This document shows, piece after piece, positions 47,078-58,043 of a stretch of DNA of 64,000 nucleotides (within the stretch, counting starts at the first letter, position 1; each line of letters begins with the position of its first letter). Source of the DNA: a candidate division WOR-3 bacterium. GTDB taxonomy: Bacteria; Hydrothermota; Tepidihabitantia; Tepidihabitantales; JAOUPE01. The notes under the pieces were generated by a model that was not told the DNA's origin, made no database searches, and saw only the letters and a program-made list of their open reading frames with translations. The DNA lies in contig JBDRUX010000001.1 of assembly GCA_039801565.1 (NCBI GenBank), forward strand, positions 1-64,000, given 5' to 3'. The translations under genes were made by a program, and so were the position numbers.

Positions 47078-49021
47078 ATGAAGCGACCGAAGTTCTTGGT
47101 TTTAGCCCTTACAGTTTGGGCAATACCTTCGATAATATTTGGGCTACCATCATTAGCCGGAAATCGAGGTTTATTCCGAGTTAACGATGCTCGGGTCGAA
47201 GGCGCTGGACTACTTACTTTTTCGGTTCATGGAATCGCAAGCTGGGAAGGCAGCCTTTCGGATAATCTCTATGGTGACTTAGTCGCCTCACTTGGCTATG
47301 CTCCGGTTAACTTTTTAGAATTCTATGTTTGGTCGGGTGGAATTATGCAGATTGTGAAAGATGTTACAACTGGTGAACCTAAAGCCGATTTCGGATTTAA
47401 CGATAAGGTCTTTGGTGGTAAGTTATCAATCCCTTGGATTCCGGTTTTGAAATTGGGTGCAACTGGTTATTACACAGTTGAAAGCGATATGGGCTTTGTC
47501 CACCCACTTTATCCAATAGCCGAAGAATTCGGCTGGAAAGGATTGGCTACTCTTCAATTGAACGAATTCTTACCATCGGCCCCAAACTTTTACTTCAATT
47601 ATGGGGAAACTAAATACCAAGATATTGCGATTAAATCAATGGGAATGGGATTAGAACTCGAGGCAAAAAATATAAGTTTTATCCTCGAAGCGACCTCTAA
47701 TAATGACTATTTTTATTATCCCGAGTCATCACTATTAAGCAAAGGTGCTTATATTAGACTCACGCCGGGATTACGTTTTAAGGTTGGTGGCTTTGGGGTT
47801 GATTTGGGCTTGAGCCTTGGTTTAACTCCACCGGCACCGGATTACGAGGTATTATTTGGTTTTAACCTGGCGACTCCTTTCTTACAACCACCAAAAGCCG
47901 CGGTCGGTACAATTGCTGGCAAGGTTATTGATTCCCGCACCGGTGAACCACTCGAAGCAACAATCAATTTCCCCGACCTGCCAAAATTAACACCACTCAC
48001 ATCTAATCCTAATACTGGTGTCTTTACTGCTGAGAAGATACCAGCCGGAGTGGTAGTAGTAGAAGTAACTAAAGAAGGTTACCTTAAAGAAGTAGTTCCC
48101 CTTACGGTAAAAGCAGATGGTATAACGAGTTACGAATTTAAATTAAAACCACTCATCACCTACGGTGTTATCGCCGGTAGGGTTTATGATGTAACCAATA
48201 ATCGTCCACTCCAAGCACTCATTTCTTTCCCCGGCACCAACATCCCGTCAGCAAGTTCCGATTCAGCCACTGGTTCGTTCCGTGTTGACAATATTCCGGT
48301 GGGGATTATTACCATTCAAGCGGAAAAAGATGGTTATTTTAAAAACGCCCAAACGATTCAAATCGAAGAAGGTAAAGTTACTTCGGTCGATTTAGCAATG
48401 GCACCGTCAGCATTTATGGCAACCTTAACTGGTAAAGTAGCTGATAAAAAGACTGCAAAGCCCCTTCAAGCAATAATCTCATTCCCGGGCACTGGAATTG
48501 CTGATATAACCACCGATAGTCTAACTGGAATTTATCAAGTCCAATTGCCAGTTGGTTCGCATCCCGTTGAAGTTAAAGCTGAAGGTTATATAACGCAGAC
48601 TGCCGTTGTAATTTTAGAAAAGGATAAGATTACTGAAAAGAATTTTGACTTAGTGCAAAAGGGGATGGTAATTACCCTTAAAGGTATCTATTTTGACTTT
48701 AACAAAGCGACGATTCGGCCAGAATCTTATCCAGTTCTTGATGATGCTGCCAAGATTCTTACTGACAATCCCAAGATTACGGTTGAAATCCAAGGTCACA
48801 CCGATTCCGAAGGTTCTGACTCTTATAATCAGAAGCTCTCCGAGCAGCGGGCTTATGCGGTAGTTGATTACCTTGTAAAGGTGAAAGGGATTGATATCAA
48901 TCGGCTAAAAGCGGTTGGTTTTGGTGAAAGCAAACCAATTGCTTCTAATGCTACAAAAGAAGGGCGTGCTTTAAATCGAAGAGTCGAGTTCGTAATCTTA
49001 GGCGAAATCGAACAGAAATAA
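47078..49021 (+). CDS. OmpA-family protein with N-terminal barrel-like region and three carboxypeptidase-regulatory-like domains
   Basis: Three GxIxGKVxD...PLxAxIxFP repeats; IYFDFNKA, IQGHTD, NQKLSEQRA, NRRVEF. Confidence 0.9.
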   Translation: MKRPKFLVLALTVWAIPSIIFGLPSLAGNRGLFRVNDARVEGAGLLTFSVHGIASWEGSLSDNLYGDLVASLGYAPVNFLEFYVWSGGIMQIVKDVTTGEPKADFGFNDKVFGGKLSIPWIPVLKLGATGYYTVESDMGFVHPLYPIAEEFGWKGLATLQLNEFLPSAPNFYFNYGETKYQDIAIKSMGMGLELEAKNISFILEATSNNDYFYYPESSLLSKGAYIRLTPGLRFKVGGFGVDLGLSLGLTPPAPDYEVLFGFNLATPFLQPPKAAVGTIAGKVIDSRTGEPLEATINFPDLPKLTPLTSNPNTGVFTAEKIPAGVVVVEVTKEGYLKEVVPLTVKADGITSYEFKLKPLITYGVIAGRVYDVTNNRPLQALISFPGTNIPSASSDSATGSFRVDNIPVGIITIQAEKDGYFKNAQTIQIEEGKVTSVDLAMAPSAFMATLTGKVADKKTAKPLQAIISFPGTGIADITTDSLTGIYQVQLPVGSHPVEVKAEGYITQTAVVILEKDKITEKNFDLVQKGMVITLKGIYFDFNKATIRPESYPVLDDAAKILTDNPKITVEIQGHTDSEGSDSYNQKLSEQRAYAVVDYLVKVKGIDINRLKAVGFGESKPIASNATKEGRALNRRVEFVILGEIEQK

Positions 49022-49040
49022 GTTCAACTAAATTGAATGT

Positions 49041-49075
49041 ATGGGGGCGAAACTTTGCCCCCATTTTTATTTTTG
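49041..49075 (+). terminator. Rho-independent terminator
   Basis: atgggggc/gcccccat stem plus T tract. Confidence 0.8.
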
Positions 49076-49190
49076 AAGATTGGTTAATGAGTGTCTTTGG
49101 AGAATGCGGATTGGCTCGAATTGCTTAAAGAATTCAAGTGGCGACCCAGAAGGTTGACATTTTTTGCTGAATATAATATAATTCATTCGG

Positions 49191-50141
49191 ATGGACCAGG
49201 ATTTTGCTAATCGTTGGGAGAAATCAAATATCCAGACCCTTGGTTTAGCTGTCAAAAAGCGAATTGGCATCCCAAGGGCTTTATTGTATTTTCGGTATGG
49301 TAATTTCTGGCGACGATTTTTCCAAGAACTTGGTTTTGAGGTTGTCTTATCACCCAAAACTGATAAGACAATTCTAAAAAAAGGTTTGGATAAGGTCTCA
49401 AGCGAAGTCTGCTTACCAATCAAAGTGATTTGCGGTCATATCGAGGAGTTAATTGATAAAGTCGACTACATTTTTCTACCCCGCTTGGTAACACTTAAAG
49501 ACAATCTCTATGCCTGTCCGAAGATGATTGGAGTTGTGGACGTTGCGCTTCTGAAGTTCTCTAATTCTTGCTCAATCCTGACACCGAAGATAAAAAATGA
49601 TTTTTTCTTACCTCATTTTTTAACCGGACTTAAGCTGACCGCAAACCCGATAAAATCATTGCGGGCGTTAAAACGAGCTAAGTCAGTTTTCTCAAAAGTG
49701 AAAGCTGTTCCTGAATTTCCAACCGACAAGCCTAAGATTGCGTTAATTAGCCATTTTTATAATCTCCAAGACGATTTTATTGCCAAAGATATTATTGAGA
49801 CCTTTAAAAAGAATGGGTTTCTAATCTATACCAAAGAAGATTTGCCTGAGACAATTTTAGCTTCGGCACAAGGTTTTGCCCAAAATATTCGATGGGTTTA
49901 TGAGCGGGAACTTTATAATGCCTTTAACTATTATTTAGATAAGGTCTCGGGCATTGTGACGATTATTTCCTTTGGCTGTGGGCCGGATTCCTTAATTGCT
50001 GAACTGATGGCAGAAAAAGCGAAAGCCAGCAACAAACCATTTTTATCGTTAATCATTGATGAGCATACCGGCCGGGCTGGTTTAATTACTCGTCTGGAAG
50101 CCTTTATTGAATTAATAAAAAGACAGATTAGTTTAAATTGA
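49191..50141 (+). CDS. Acyl-CoA dehydratase activase-related protein (DUF2229-like)
   Basis: IGIPRAL, EVCLPIK, ACPK, SFGCGPD, IDEHTGRAGLITRLEAF. Confidence 0.85.
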   Translation: MDQDFANRWEKSNIQTLGLAVKKRIGIPRALLYFRYGNFWRRFFQELGFEVVLSPKTDKTILKKGLDKVSSEVCLPIKVICGHIEELIDKVDYIFLPRLVTLKDNLYACPKMIGVVDVALLKFSNSCSILTPKIKNDFFLPHFLTGLKLTANPIKSLRALKRAKSVFSKVKAVPEFPTDKPKIALISHFYNLQDDFIAKDIIETFKKNGFLIYTKEDLPETILASAQGFAQNIRWVYERELYNAFNYYLDKVSGIVTIISFGCGPDSLIAELMAEKAKASNKPFLSLIIDEHTGRAGLITRLEAFIELIKRQISLN

Positions 50142-50216
50142 AAACACTTAAGACGAATAATTACAAATGAGCAGAGATAATTTGACCCGAATCGGGTCGG
50201 AGTTTTTAGTTTTTGG

Positions 50217-50296
50217 TTTGAGGGGGAAATCCCTCAAACTCCCTGTTCTTAAAGAAAAAATCTTTTGGGGTTTCAAAGGGGCAAAGCCCCTTTGGT
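50217..50296 (+). repeat. MITE-like intergenic repeat, copy A
   Basis: tttgagg..ccctcaa..ctccc...tttgggg..t.aaaggg.caaagccc(c)tttggt shared with 60410-60516. Confidence 0.65.
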
Positions 50297-50345
50297 TGTT
50301 GGTTTTTAGTCTAACAACGAACAACCAATTACCAACGACTGATTT

Positions 50346-51425
50346 GTGATGAAAGCAACCTTTCCCTATTTTGGCTACGATACCTTAGCCTTAAAGACTT
50401 TTGTCGAGAAACTTGGCTCCGCGGTGGTCTTGCCCCCACCTACCACTAAAAAAACCCTTGAGACCGGGGTTAAGCTTTCCCCCGAATTGGTCTGTTTACC
50501 GTTCAAGATAACTTTGGGTAATTTTATTGAAGCGATTGAGCGCGGTGCGGATACCCTTTTTATGGCAGCGGGTGCCCGGAAGTGTCGTTTTGGCTATTAC
50601 CATTATTTGCAAGAAAGAATTCTCGCCGACCGGTTTACTAATTTTCGTCTCTATGCCATTAGTCAATACACGCCCTATCAATTTGTCTTTGAAAAGATAC
50701 CCCGGATTTTTTCGGTTTCGCCAACTAGGGTTCTCTATGCCTTATCAATCCTTTTTGCCAAGAGTGCCTTGGTCGAAGCCTTCCTGAATAAATTGCGGTG
50801 GCTCCGAGCCGTTGATTTTGAACAAGCCGCAAAATTTGAAAAAGAAGGTATAAAGTTAATTGAGTCAGCAAAAAGCCTATCTGCAATCCGTCAGGCAATG
50901 CTTATTATAAAGCGTTACGACTCAACTAACTCAAGAAAACCCGAAATAACTATTGGGTTGGTTGGCGAAATCTTTTTTATGATTGAACCTTTTGCCAATC
51001 AAGAGATTGAAAAAGAGTTGGGTAGGTTAGGTGCTTTGGTTTTGAGTAGGCGCAGCCTTTATCGGCATCTACGCCATCTTTTAAAGATTGATTGGGAGTT
51101 TTATTGGTCAGCAATTTTAGCCCATCGTTACTTGAAAGATTCACCCGGTGGTGAAGCGATTAAGACCGTGGGCGAAGCAGTCCGTTTTGCTCGGGCAGGC
51201 GTATCGGGTATTGTACATATCTACCCATTCACCTGTATGCCGGAAAATATTGCCTTGGCTGCCTTGGAGAAAATCGGCGAAGATTACGATCTACCCATCC
51301 TGTCTTTGTCCTTTGATGAACATACTGCTAAGACCGGACTTTTAACCAGACTGGAAGCCTTCGTTGACTTAATTAAAAGACGGTCCAATTCGAAATTCAA
51401 AATTCGAAATTCAAAATTCTTATGA
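50346..51425 (+). CDS. 2-hydroxyacyl-CoA dehydratase/activase-related subunit
   Basis: PELVCLPFKITLG, CRFGYY, GLVGEIF, PFTCMPE, FDEHTAKTGLLTRLEAF. Confidence 0.82.
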   Translation: MMKATFPYFGYDTLALKTFVEKLGSAVVLPPPTTKKTLETGVKLSPELVCLPFKITLGNFIEAIERGADTLFMAAGARKCRFGYYHYLQERILADRFTNFRLYAISQYTPYQFVFEKIPRIFSVSPTRVLYALSILFAKSALVEAFLNKLRWLRAVDFEQAAKFEKEGIKLIESAKSLSAIRQAMLIIKRYDSTNSRKPEITIGLVGEIFFMIEPFANQEIEKELGRLGALVLSRRSLYRHLRHLLKIDWEFYWSAILAHRYLKDSPGGEAIKTVGEAVRFARAGVSGIVHIYPFTCMPENIALAALEKIGEDYDLPILSLSFDEHTAKTGLLTRLEAFVDLIKRRSNSKFKIRNSKFL

Positions 51426-52372
51426 TTGGTTATCTTGGGGTTGATGTTGGGTCAATCTCAACCAAAGGGGTTATTATTGACCAGGAGTATAAGGTAATTG
51501 CTAATACTTATCTGCGCACTCAAGGGAGACCAATTGAGGCAATAAAAGAACTCTTGAACTCCTTAGCCCGACAAGTAGACAATAAAATAAAAATTGCTGG
51601 TGCTGGCACAACTGGTTCAGCCCGAAGATTAGCTGGAGTGATGCTCCAAGCCGATATAGTGAAAAATGAGATAATTGCCCATGCGGTTGCTGCCAGCCAC
51701 TTTTATCCACAAGCGAGAACGGTAATTGAGATTGGTGGCCAAGACTCTAAGATTATTATCTTAAGGGATGGCATCCCAGTAGACTTTGCAATGAATACGG
51801 TTTGTGCTGCCGGCACTGGTTCATTTTTAGACCATCAGGCAACCCGGTTAGGAATTCCCATTGAAGAATTTGGCAAAAAGGCGTTGCAAGCAAAGAATCG
51901 CGTGAACATTGCCGGTCGGTGCACGGTTTTTGCTGAGAGCGATATGATTCATAAGGCGCAATTAGGGATTGCCACCGAAGACATTATTAGTGGACTATGC
52001 GATGCAATTGTTCGGAATTATATGAATGCGGTAGCAAAAGGAAAAGAGATTAAGCCGTTAATTCTCTTTCAGGGCGGGGTAGCGGCAAATATTGGGGTGC
52101 GCAAGGCATTTGAACGGGCATTGGAACAAGAAATAATTGTTCCAAAACATTTTTTAGTGATGGGTGCAATTGGTGCTGCAATCCTTGCCCGAGAACAGAC
52201 TGAAGGAAAGGTTAGTAAGTTTGCTGGTTTTGAAATTGCAACAATACCCTTCCAAACCCGAGCCTTTGAGTGTGAGGGTTGTCCCAACCATTGTGAGGTC
52301 GTCGAGACTTTAAAAGAAGGTGTTGTCATTGACCGTTACAGCGGTCGCTGCGGCAGGTGGTCCGAAATTTAA
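51422..52372 (+). CDS. Acyl-CoA dehydratase activase (HgdC/BadF-type ATPase)
   Basis: GVDVGSISTK, EIGGQDSK, MNTVCAAGTGSFL, RCTVFAESD, QGGVAAN. Confidence 0.93.
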   Translation: MIGYLGVDVGSISTKGVIIDQEYKVIANTYLRTQGRPIEAIKELLNSLARQVDNKIKIAGAGTTGSARRLAGVMLQADIVKNEIIAHAVAASHFYPQARTVIEIGGQDSKIIILRDGIPVDFAMNTVCAAGTGSFLDHQATRLGIPIEEFGKKALQAKNRVNIAGRCTVFAESDMIHKAQLGIATEDIISGLCDAIVRNYMNAVAKGKEIKPLILFQGGVAANIGVRKAFERALEQEIIVPKHFLVMGAIGAAILAREQTEGKVSKFAGFEIATIPFQTRAFECEGCPNHCEVVETLKEGVVIDRYSGRCGRWSEI

Positions 52373-52382
52373 ACTCTGAAAG

Positions 52383-53288
52383 GTGAGAATTATCGAAAAT
52401 TTTAAAGATGATTTATCCAAAACCGTTGAGGATTTAAAACGATTTATTAAGACCGAAGTCGAAAGACAAAATAAAGATGGCGTTGTGATTGGAATATCAG
52501 GTGGCATTGATTCAGCAGTCTGTGCTTATTTAGCCGTAAATGCCTTAGGTAAAAATCAGGTATTGGGATTAATCTTACCGGAAAGGGATACTAATCCCCC
52601 AAGTCTCGAAGACGCGCTCTTGGTATGCCAAGCATTAGCAATTGATTATAAAAAGATTGATATGACAAAGGTATTAACTAAAATTGGTATTTATCGTTTA
52701 GTCTCGGCTTTAGGGGGATTGGTGCCATATCGCATAAAGGCAAACTATGCCAGGAAGCGGTTGCAAAAGTTACAAGAATTGACCGGAGGCAATGCCTATC
52801 AACAAAATCTTTTAGGATTTAAACAACCCGAATTACGCAAAGCAACTGCTTATTATCGGGCTAAAAATCGTTTAAGATTGCTTTATCTTTATTATTATGC
52901 TGAACTAAAAAACTTATTAGTCGTCGGCACGACAAATCGCACCGAATATCTAATTGGTTTCTTTGTCAAATATGGCGATGGCGCAGCCGATATAATGCCT
53001 TTGCTAAATCTCTACAAAACGCAAGTTTGGGAATTGGCAAAATTTTTGAGTGTGCCAAAAAGAATTATTGAAAAAGTCCCATCTCCGGATTTAATTCCTG
53101 GGCTAAATGATGAAGAAATAATTGGTCTTAATTATTTGGAATTGGATTTAATTTTATTGGGCTATGATTCTGGTCAGAGTTCGGAAGCGATAAATAAATC
53201 TACCGGAGTACCTATAGAAAAAGTAGAATATGTCTTAAAACTTATTCGAAACTCGGAATCGTTCCGCCAACATAATTTACATCCATAA
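52383..53288 (+). CDS. nadE: NH3-dependent NAD+ synthetase
   Basis: GISGGIDSAV, GTTNRTE, GFFVKYGDG, YKTQV, PSPDL. Confidence 0.93.
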   Translation: MRIIENFKDDLSKTVEDLKRFIKTEVERQNKDGVVIGISGGIDSAVCAYLAVNALGKNQVLGLILPERDTNPPSLEDALLVCQALAIDYKKIDMTKVLTKIGIYRLVSALGGLVPYRIKANYARKRLQKLQELTGGNAYQQNLLGFKQPELRKATAYYRAKNRLRLLYLYYYAELKNLLVVGTTNRTEYLIGFFVKYGDGAADIMPLLNLYKTQVWELAKFLSVPKRIIEKVPSPDLIPGLNDEEIIGLNYLELDLILLGYDSGQSSEAINKSTGVPIEKVEYVLKLIRNSESFRQHNLHP

Positions 53289-53294
53289 AAGAAA

Positions 53295-53316
53295 AAGGCG
53301 GTCAAAAGACCGCCTT
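53295..53316. terminator. Bidirectional terminator
   Basis: aaggcggtc/gaccgcctt stem between convergent genes with A/T tracts on the flanks. Confidence 0.75.
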
Positions 53317-53375
53317 CAGTTTTATTTTATTCATTAGAGTTTACATAAGGTAGCAGTCCGACAAGAAATAATGAG

Positions 53376-55205
53376 TCATTTACTCTGATGACCGGTCAAA
53401 CGGATTGATTTTATTTGACTTTTCCAATCCTTGCCACCTTGCTCTTTGGACAGTGTAAAGAGTACAATATTGGCATTGTTCACAGTCTGGCCAGGTTGAA
53501 ATGTTAGCATATCGTCCCATTGACCGTTGCCATTAGCGTCCCAATAACCGAGGCCTTCGCCCGGGTCACTATAACCATTATTGTTCACATCATCAAATGC
53601 CTCAACATATGCCTCAAGCGGTGCCGAAAGTGAATAGATAATTGTGTAGGCTCCGGTGGCGGGATTGACGCTAACTATACCGACGGGAATAATAGTATTT
53701 GTGTGTGAAGTATCAAGGAAGGCAATACAGTAGTTAGATAGAGAATGCCCAGGCCAAGTAACCACTCCGGAAACAGTAAGATTTTGTCCACCACCTTGCT
53801 GTTGTAATGTTGCATTTATTGTAGTTGTCTGACCAGCGTTGACTGTGACCGTATCAATCCAATCATAATATCCGCTCAAAGTCAGTTTTACTTCATAATT
53901 ACCTGGATTGATGGTAAATGTCACATTGGTGGTGTGACCGGTATTTGTGCCGTTAATCCAGACCGTAGCACCGGTTGGGGTTGAATTAACCACTAATGTT
54001 CCGGTATTTCCACCACCTCCGCCGCCACCAGTTGAACTTATGAACTTGGATAAAAATGCATGCCAGTTAGTGGAACGAAATTGACATTGGACATATTTGG
54101 TAGATTCAAATAACTCGGCTCGATACGGAAAGTGAATATTTAATCCGCCCCGCGTCAATCCGGTAACATTAGTCATCGTCATTGGTACTGCATCATTTAT
54201 TCCATCAATAACCTCTTGTGCCGCATTTTTAATAAGGTTGATATTCTGAAGATTCGGTTCCTGTAACACCTTTTTGCAGAACTCACGCAAATCACAAAAT
54301 GCTGGGTCATCCCATTGCGTGTAGTGAGTTGAGTTGAAGGCATCTAAAACTTCATTCCAATTATTGCCGGTCTCAGTTACTAACATATTACCAAGATTGG
54401 AAATCCGAGAGGCGAGCGCAGTCATTTTGCTTAAATCAGTTACTGCCATATGCGCCTGTTTCTGCTTATTATTTGCCGTCGCATATACCGCCTCAACAAT
54501 CTTCTTAGAAATCTCAAGCGGAGTTGTGTTTGGGTTAGCGGAAAGGTGCCCCAGCCATTGTTCTGAACCAAGAATACTCTGCATCGGCATCGTGAATTGA
54601 CAGGCAACCATATAGTCAGCATTGTCTTTTAGTTCATAAGCGACCTCAACCATTGACATCAAGCAAGCGTGAAAGACAATAACATCAAAATGAAAGGTGT
54701 CTAGTGCCTGTTTCATATCCGGCATTGACATTAAATCACCAGCGCCATTCTGCTCATCCGAACACGCACCACGCCAGCCACCACCATGGTCATCAATTAT
54801 CAACATATAATGCTCAGCTGGATATTTCTCTTTACCGGCTTTGATGAAATTATGCAAGGTCGTTTTATCTGACATATCTTTAGTTCCCAAGTTCTCAATC
54901 ACAGTTGAACTGAGCGAATCTGGCATTTCGTTTTCAAACTTCTCAATATGGTAATACTTACAGTTGCCGCCGGTCTTTAAAGAACCAAGCATAACCATAA
55001 TTTGAACCTTATCGGTTGAGCCAATCTTCTCCATCTCTTGGGCATCGGCTATGCAATAGGAATTTCCGTTCAATGAGACATCAAGGTTATTATTCCCGTC
55101 CATATAGGCAAGTATTGTCCAAGTGGCTTTTTTCGTCTTATGGCAGGTGAGGGATAAAAAGCCCATAACCATTACAATTAGGAGAAGGAACTTCGATAGT
55201 TTCAT
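53376..55205 (-). CDS. Clostripain-family (C11) cysteine peptidase lipoprotein with PEGA domain
   Basis: LTC lipobox, WTILAYMDGNNNL, DDHGGGW, FHACLMSMVEVAYE; VNSTPTGATVWING PEGA. Confidence 0.88.
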   Translation of the reverse strand: MKLSKFLLLIVMVMGFLSLTCHKTKKATWTILAYMDGNNNLDVSLNGNSYCIADAQEMEKIGSTDKVQIMVMLGSLKTGGNCKYYHIEKFENEMPDSLSSTVIENLGTKDMSDKTTLHNFIKAGKEKYPAEHYMLIIDDHGGGWRGACSDEQNGAGDLMSMPDMKQALDTFHFDVIVFHACLMSMVEVAYELKDNADYMVACQFTMPMQSILGSEQWLGHLSANPNTTPLEISKKIVEAVYATANNKQKQAHMAVTDLSKMTALASRISNLGNMLVTETGNNWNEVLDAFNSTHYTQWDDPAFCDLREFCKKVLQEPNLQNINLIKNAAQEVIDGINDAVPMTMTNVTGLTRGGLNIHFPYRAELFESTKYVQCQFRSTNWHAFLSKFISSTGGGGGGGNTGTLVVNSTPTGATVWINGTNTGHTTNVTFTINPGNYEVKLTLSGYYDWIDTVTVNAGQTTTINATLQQQGGGQNLTVSGVVTWPGHSLSNYCIAFLDTSHTNTIIPVGIVSVNPATGAYTIIYSLSAPLEAYVEAFDDVNNNGYSDPGEGLGYWDANGNGQWDDMLTFQPGQTVNNANIVLFTLSKEQGGKDWKSQIKSIRLTGHQSK

Positions 55206-55482
55206 AGGTCCTCCGTTTCTAATAATAACTTAATAGTTCTGTTTATTCGAGGGACTATTCCTCTCCCTATCCTTTATCTTCCAAGAATGGGGAACAGCGA
55301 GGTGATTTGCCCCTCGTTCCGATTATAATCAAGAAAATTTATCGGGTCAAGCATTACTTTTCATTAAACTTAATTTATTTAAGGTGGCAATTTAATAATT
55401 TTAGCTACTGGCTGGATAGCCGAAGAGATAGATTATGAACGAAAAGGGTTGACAAAAGGCAAAGTCTTTATATCCTACTTGA

Positions 55483-55998
55483 GTGCCAAAGGTTTTGCTT
55501 TTTGGTAAGCCGAAATCGGGTAAGACGACTTTGGTGAAAAAGGTCTTAGCCGAACTGCCCAAAAATTCTTACGGCGGTTTTTGGACCGAGGAGATAAAAG
55601 AGCAAGAGGAGAGAGTCGGGTTTAAAGTTGTCACCACCGAAGGTGAGGAAGGTATCTTGGCACATAAAGACTATCGCAGTCCCTACCGAGTGTCAAAATA
55701 TTATGTCAATGTGACGGATTTTGAACGAGTAGCATTAAAAACACTCGACAATGCCGAAAAAAGCAAGGATTTAATTGTGATTGATGAGATTGGCAAAATG
55801 GAATTATTTAGCCAAAAATTTGCCCAAGTGATTGAAAAGATTTTTGCCAACAAGCATAAGAAAGTCCTTGCTACCATCCCGATTAGCAATATCCCTTTGA
55901 TTGAAAAACTTAAAAAACTATCTGACGCAACGGTGATGGAAGTGACACCAGCTAATCGTGATTTCTTGGCAACTAAAATCCTTAAACTAATTAAATAG
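55483..55998 (+). CDS. NTPase_1/THEP1 family nucleoside triphosphatase
   Basis: GKPKSGKTT, GGFWTEEI, VIDEIGKMEL. Confidence 0.92.
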   Translation: MPKVLLFGKPKSGKTTLVKKVLAELPKNSYGGFWTEEIKEQEERVGFKVVTTEGEEGILAHKDYRSPYRVSKYYVNVTDFERVALKTLDNAEKSKDLIVIDEIGKMELFSQKFAQVIEKIFANKHKKVLATIPISNIPLIEKLKKLSDATVMEVTPANRDFLATKILKLIK

Positions 55999-57351
55999 AT
56001 GGCGCGTTTCAAACAACCGGTTAATCCAGCCCGTACCTTAATTTTTGGTTATCTTATCATTATCCTCTGCGGAACCGCACTGCTAATGTTACCAATATCA
56101 GCTACCAATATTAAACCGGTGGAAGCTTTATTTACTGCTACCTCAGCGGTATGCGTCACTGGTCTAATCGTAAAAGATACGCCAACCGAGTTTACTCTAT
56201 TTGGGAAGTTTATCATCTTGCTTTTAATTCAAATCGGTGGAATCGGTTATATGACATTATCCACTGCTTTTTTCTTTTTCCTAAGAAGGGGAATAAGTTT
56301 AAGAGATAGACTTTTGATGAAAGAATCAATAAGTTACCTTTCCTATGAGAACCTACGCCGGTTTGCCTTCACAATAATTAGAGTTACGATTGTGATTGAA
56401 GGTATTGGGACAATTTTACTTTTTGGCTATTTTGCTCGACTCGGCATGCCAATTGGATATGCTTTTGGTCATGCGGTCTTTCATTCGATTTCAGCATTTT
56501 GCAATGCCGGTTTCTCAACTTTTTCGAATAATCTTACCGGCTTTGCCAACAGTTTCTTTATCCCAATTGTCATTTCTTTACTTCTCATCAGTGGTGGGAT
56601 TGGTTTCATTGTAATCAGCGATATTTATAAGACCTGGATAACAAAAAAGAATCTGCGGCTTTCGGTTCATTCCAAAGTTGTTCTAACAACTACTTTGATT
56701 CTAATTATCGGCGGAACGGCACTTTTGCTTTTATTAGAATGGAATAACTCATTAGCCCCTTATCCCTTGGCCCAGAAAGTTTTAGTTGCCTATTTTCAGG
56801 CGGTGACGCCAAGAACCGCTGGGTTTAGCACAATTCATCTTGGCGCTTTTAACCCAGCGGCGCTTTTATTACTAATATTTTTGATGTTTATCGGCGCTTC
56901 ACCCGGTGGAACCGGTGGCGGCATTAAAACCACCACCTTCAGTCTATTGCTATTGGAAATTAAGAACTTGTTACGAGGCAGGAGTGAAATTTTAATTTTT
57001 AAGAAAAAACTGTTACCAGGATTGACCGGACGGGCTTTTTTAGTTTTTACCCTATCTTTATCTTGGCTATTGACAGTAGGCTTTTTGCTCTTAATCTTAG
57101 AAGGTAAAAAAGGAGATTTATTGCGATTGGTTTTTGAATTGACATCAGCTTTTGGCACAGTTGGCTTATCATTGGGCTCAAAACTCCAAGCCCATGTCTC
57201 GGCATCTTATGATTTCTCAACGTTAGGAAAGCTAATTGTGATTGCAACGATGTTAGTGGGCCGAGTAGGAACTTTAACCGTTGGCACAGCCCTTATAAGA
57301 CCCAAAAAACTTAACTACACTTACCCGGAAGGGACGGTATTAGTTGGCTAA
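55999..57351 (+). CDS. Trk/Ktr potassium transporter membrane subunit (KtrB/TrkH)
   Basis: TSAVCVTGL, SAFCNAGF, PRTAGF, GGTGGGIK, SAFGTVGLS. Confidence 0.95.
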   Translation: MARFKQPVNPARTLIFGYLIIILCGTALLMLPISATNIKPVEALFTATSAVCVTGLIVKDTPTEFTLFGKFIILLLIQIGGIGYMTLSTAFFFFLRRGISLRDRLLMKESISYLSYENLRRFAFTIIRVTIVIEGIGTILLFGYFARLGMPIGYAFGHAVFHSISAFCNAGFSTFSNNLTGFANSFFIPIVISLLLISGGIGFIVISDIYKTWITKKNLRLSVHSKVVLTTTLILIIGGTALLLLLEWNNSLAPYPLAQKVLVAYFQAVTPRTAGFSTIHLGAFNPAALLLLIFLMFIGASPGGTGGGIKTTTFSLLLLEIKNLLRGRSEILIFKKKLLPGLTGRAFLVFTLSLSWLLTVGFLLLILEGKKGDLLRLVFELTSAFGTVGLSLGSKLQAHVSASYDFSTLGKLIVIATMLVGRVGTLTVGTALIRPKKLNYTYPEGTVLVG

Positions 57352-58033
57352 GAAATTTGCCGTAATTGGCTTAGGCCGTTTTGGTTCGGCTACCGCCCAA
57401 GCTTTAGCCGAAAAGGGATTTGAAGTGATGGTAATTGATACCGATGAAAATAAGGTCTCAGCTTTAAGTGATATCGCATCACAAAGCTTAGTCTTAGACG
57501 CTACCGATTCCAAAGCCCTCAAAGACGCCGGGATTGCTGATATTGATATTGCAATTGTCTCGGTTGGGCAAAAAATTGATTCCAGTATCCTAATAACCTT
57601 ATTGTTAAAGGAATTAGGGATAAAAGAAGTGATTGTCAAAGCGGTCAATTCTTTGCACGGTACAATCTTAAAGCGCATCGGCGCGGACCGGGTCATTTTC
57701 CCAGAACGAGAAGTGGCGGTTAAACTGGCGGAGAGCTTTGTCTCGCCCAAAATTTTCGATTACATTGAACTCTCACCAACTCACAGCGTAGTAGAAATCG
57801 CGGCGCCCAAACTATTCTTTGGTAAGACCTTAAAGCAACTGGCACTGCGCGAACGCTACAAAGTCCAAGTTATTGCCATCAAAAGGAAAATTCCATTCAT
57901 AACCGAAAAAGGATTGCCGGACTTCAAAGAAGAAGTGAATATTGCACCGAATGCCGATGACGAAATCAATGAAGGTGATATTTTAGTCCTATTGGGGCGT
58001 TATGAAGACTTAGAAAAGATTGAACGGATGTGA
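57344..58033 (+). CDS. Trk/Ktr potassium uptake NAD-binding subunit (KtrA/TrkA)
   Basis: FAVIGLGRFG, IGADRVIFPE, RCK_C C-terminus. Confidence 0.95.
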   Translation: MAKKFAVIGLGRFGSATAQALAEKGFEVMVIDTDENKVSALSDIASQSLVLDATDSKALKDAGIADIDIAIVSVGQKIDSSILITLLLKELGIKEVIVKAVNSLHGTILKRIGADRVIFPEREVAVKLAESFVSPKIFDYIELSPTHSVVEIAAPKLFFGKTLKQLALRERYKVQVIAIKRKIPFITEKGLPDFKEEVNIAPNADDEINEGDILVLLGRYEDLEKIERM

Positions 58034-58043
58034 GACTTTCCCA

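Noticed and set aside
50167..50349. 60-aa ORF within the activase cluster
   Set aside because: Consists of the MITE-like and heptamer repeats.
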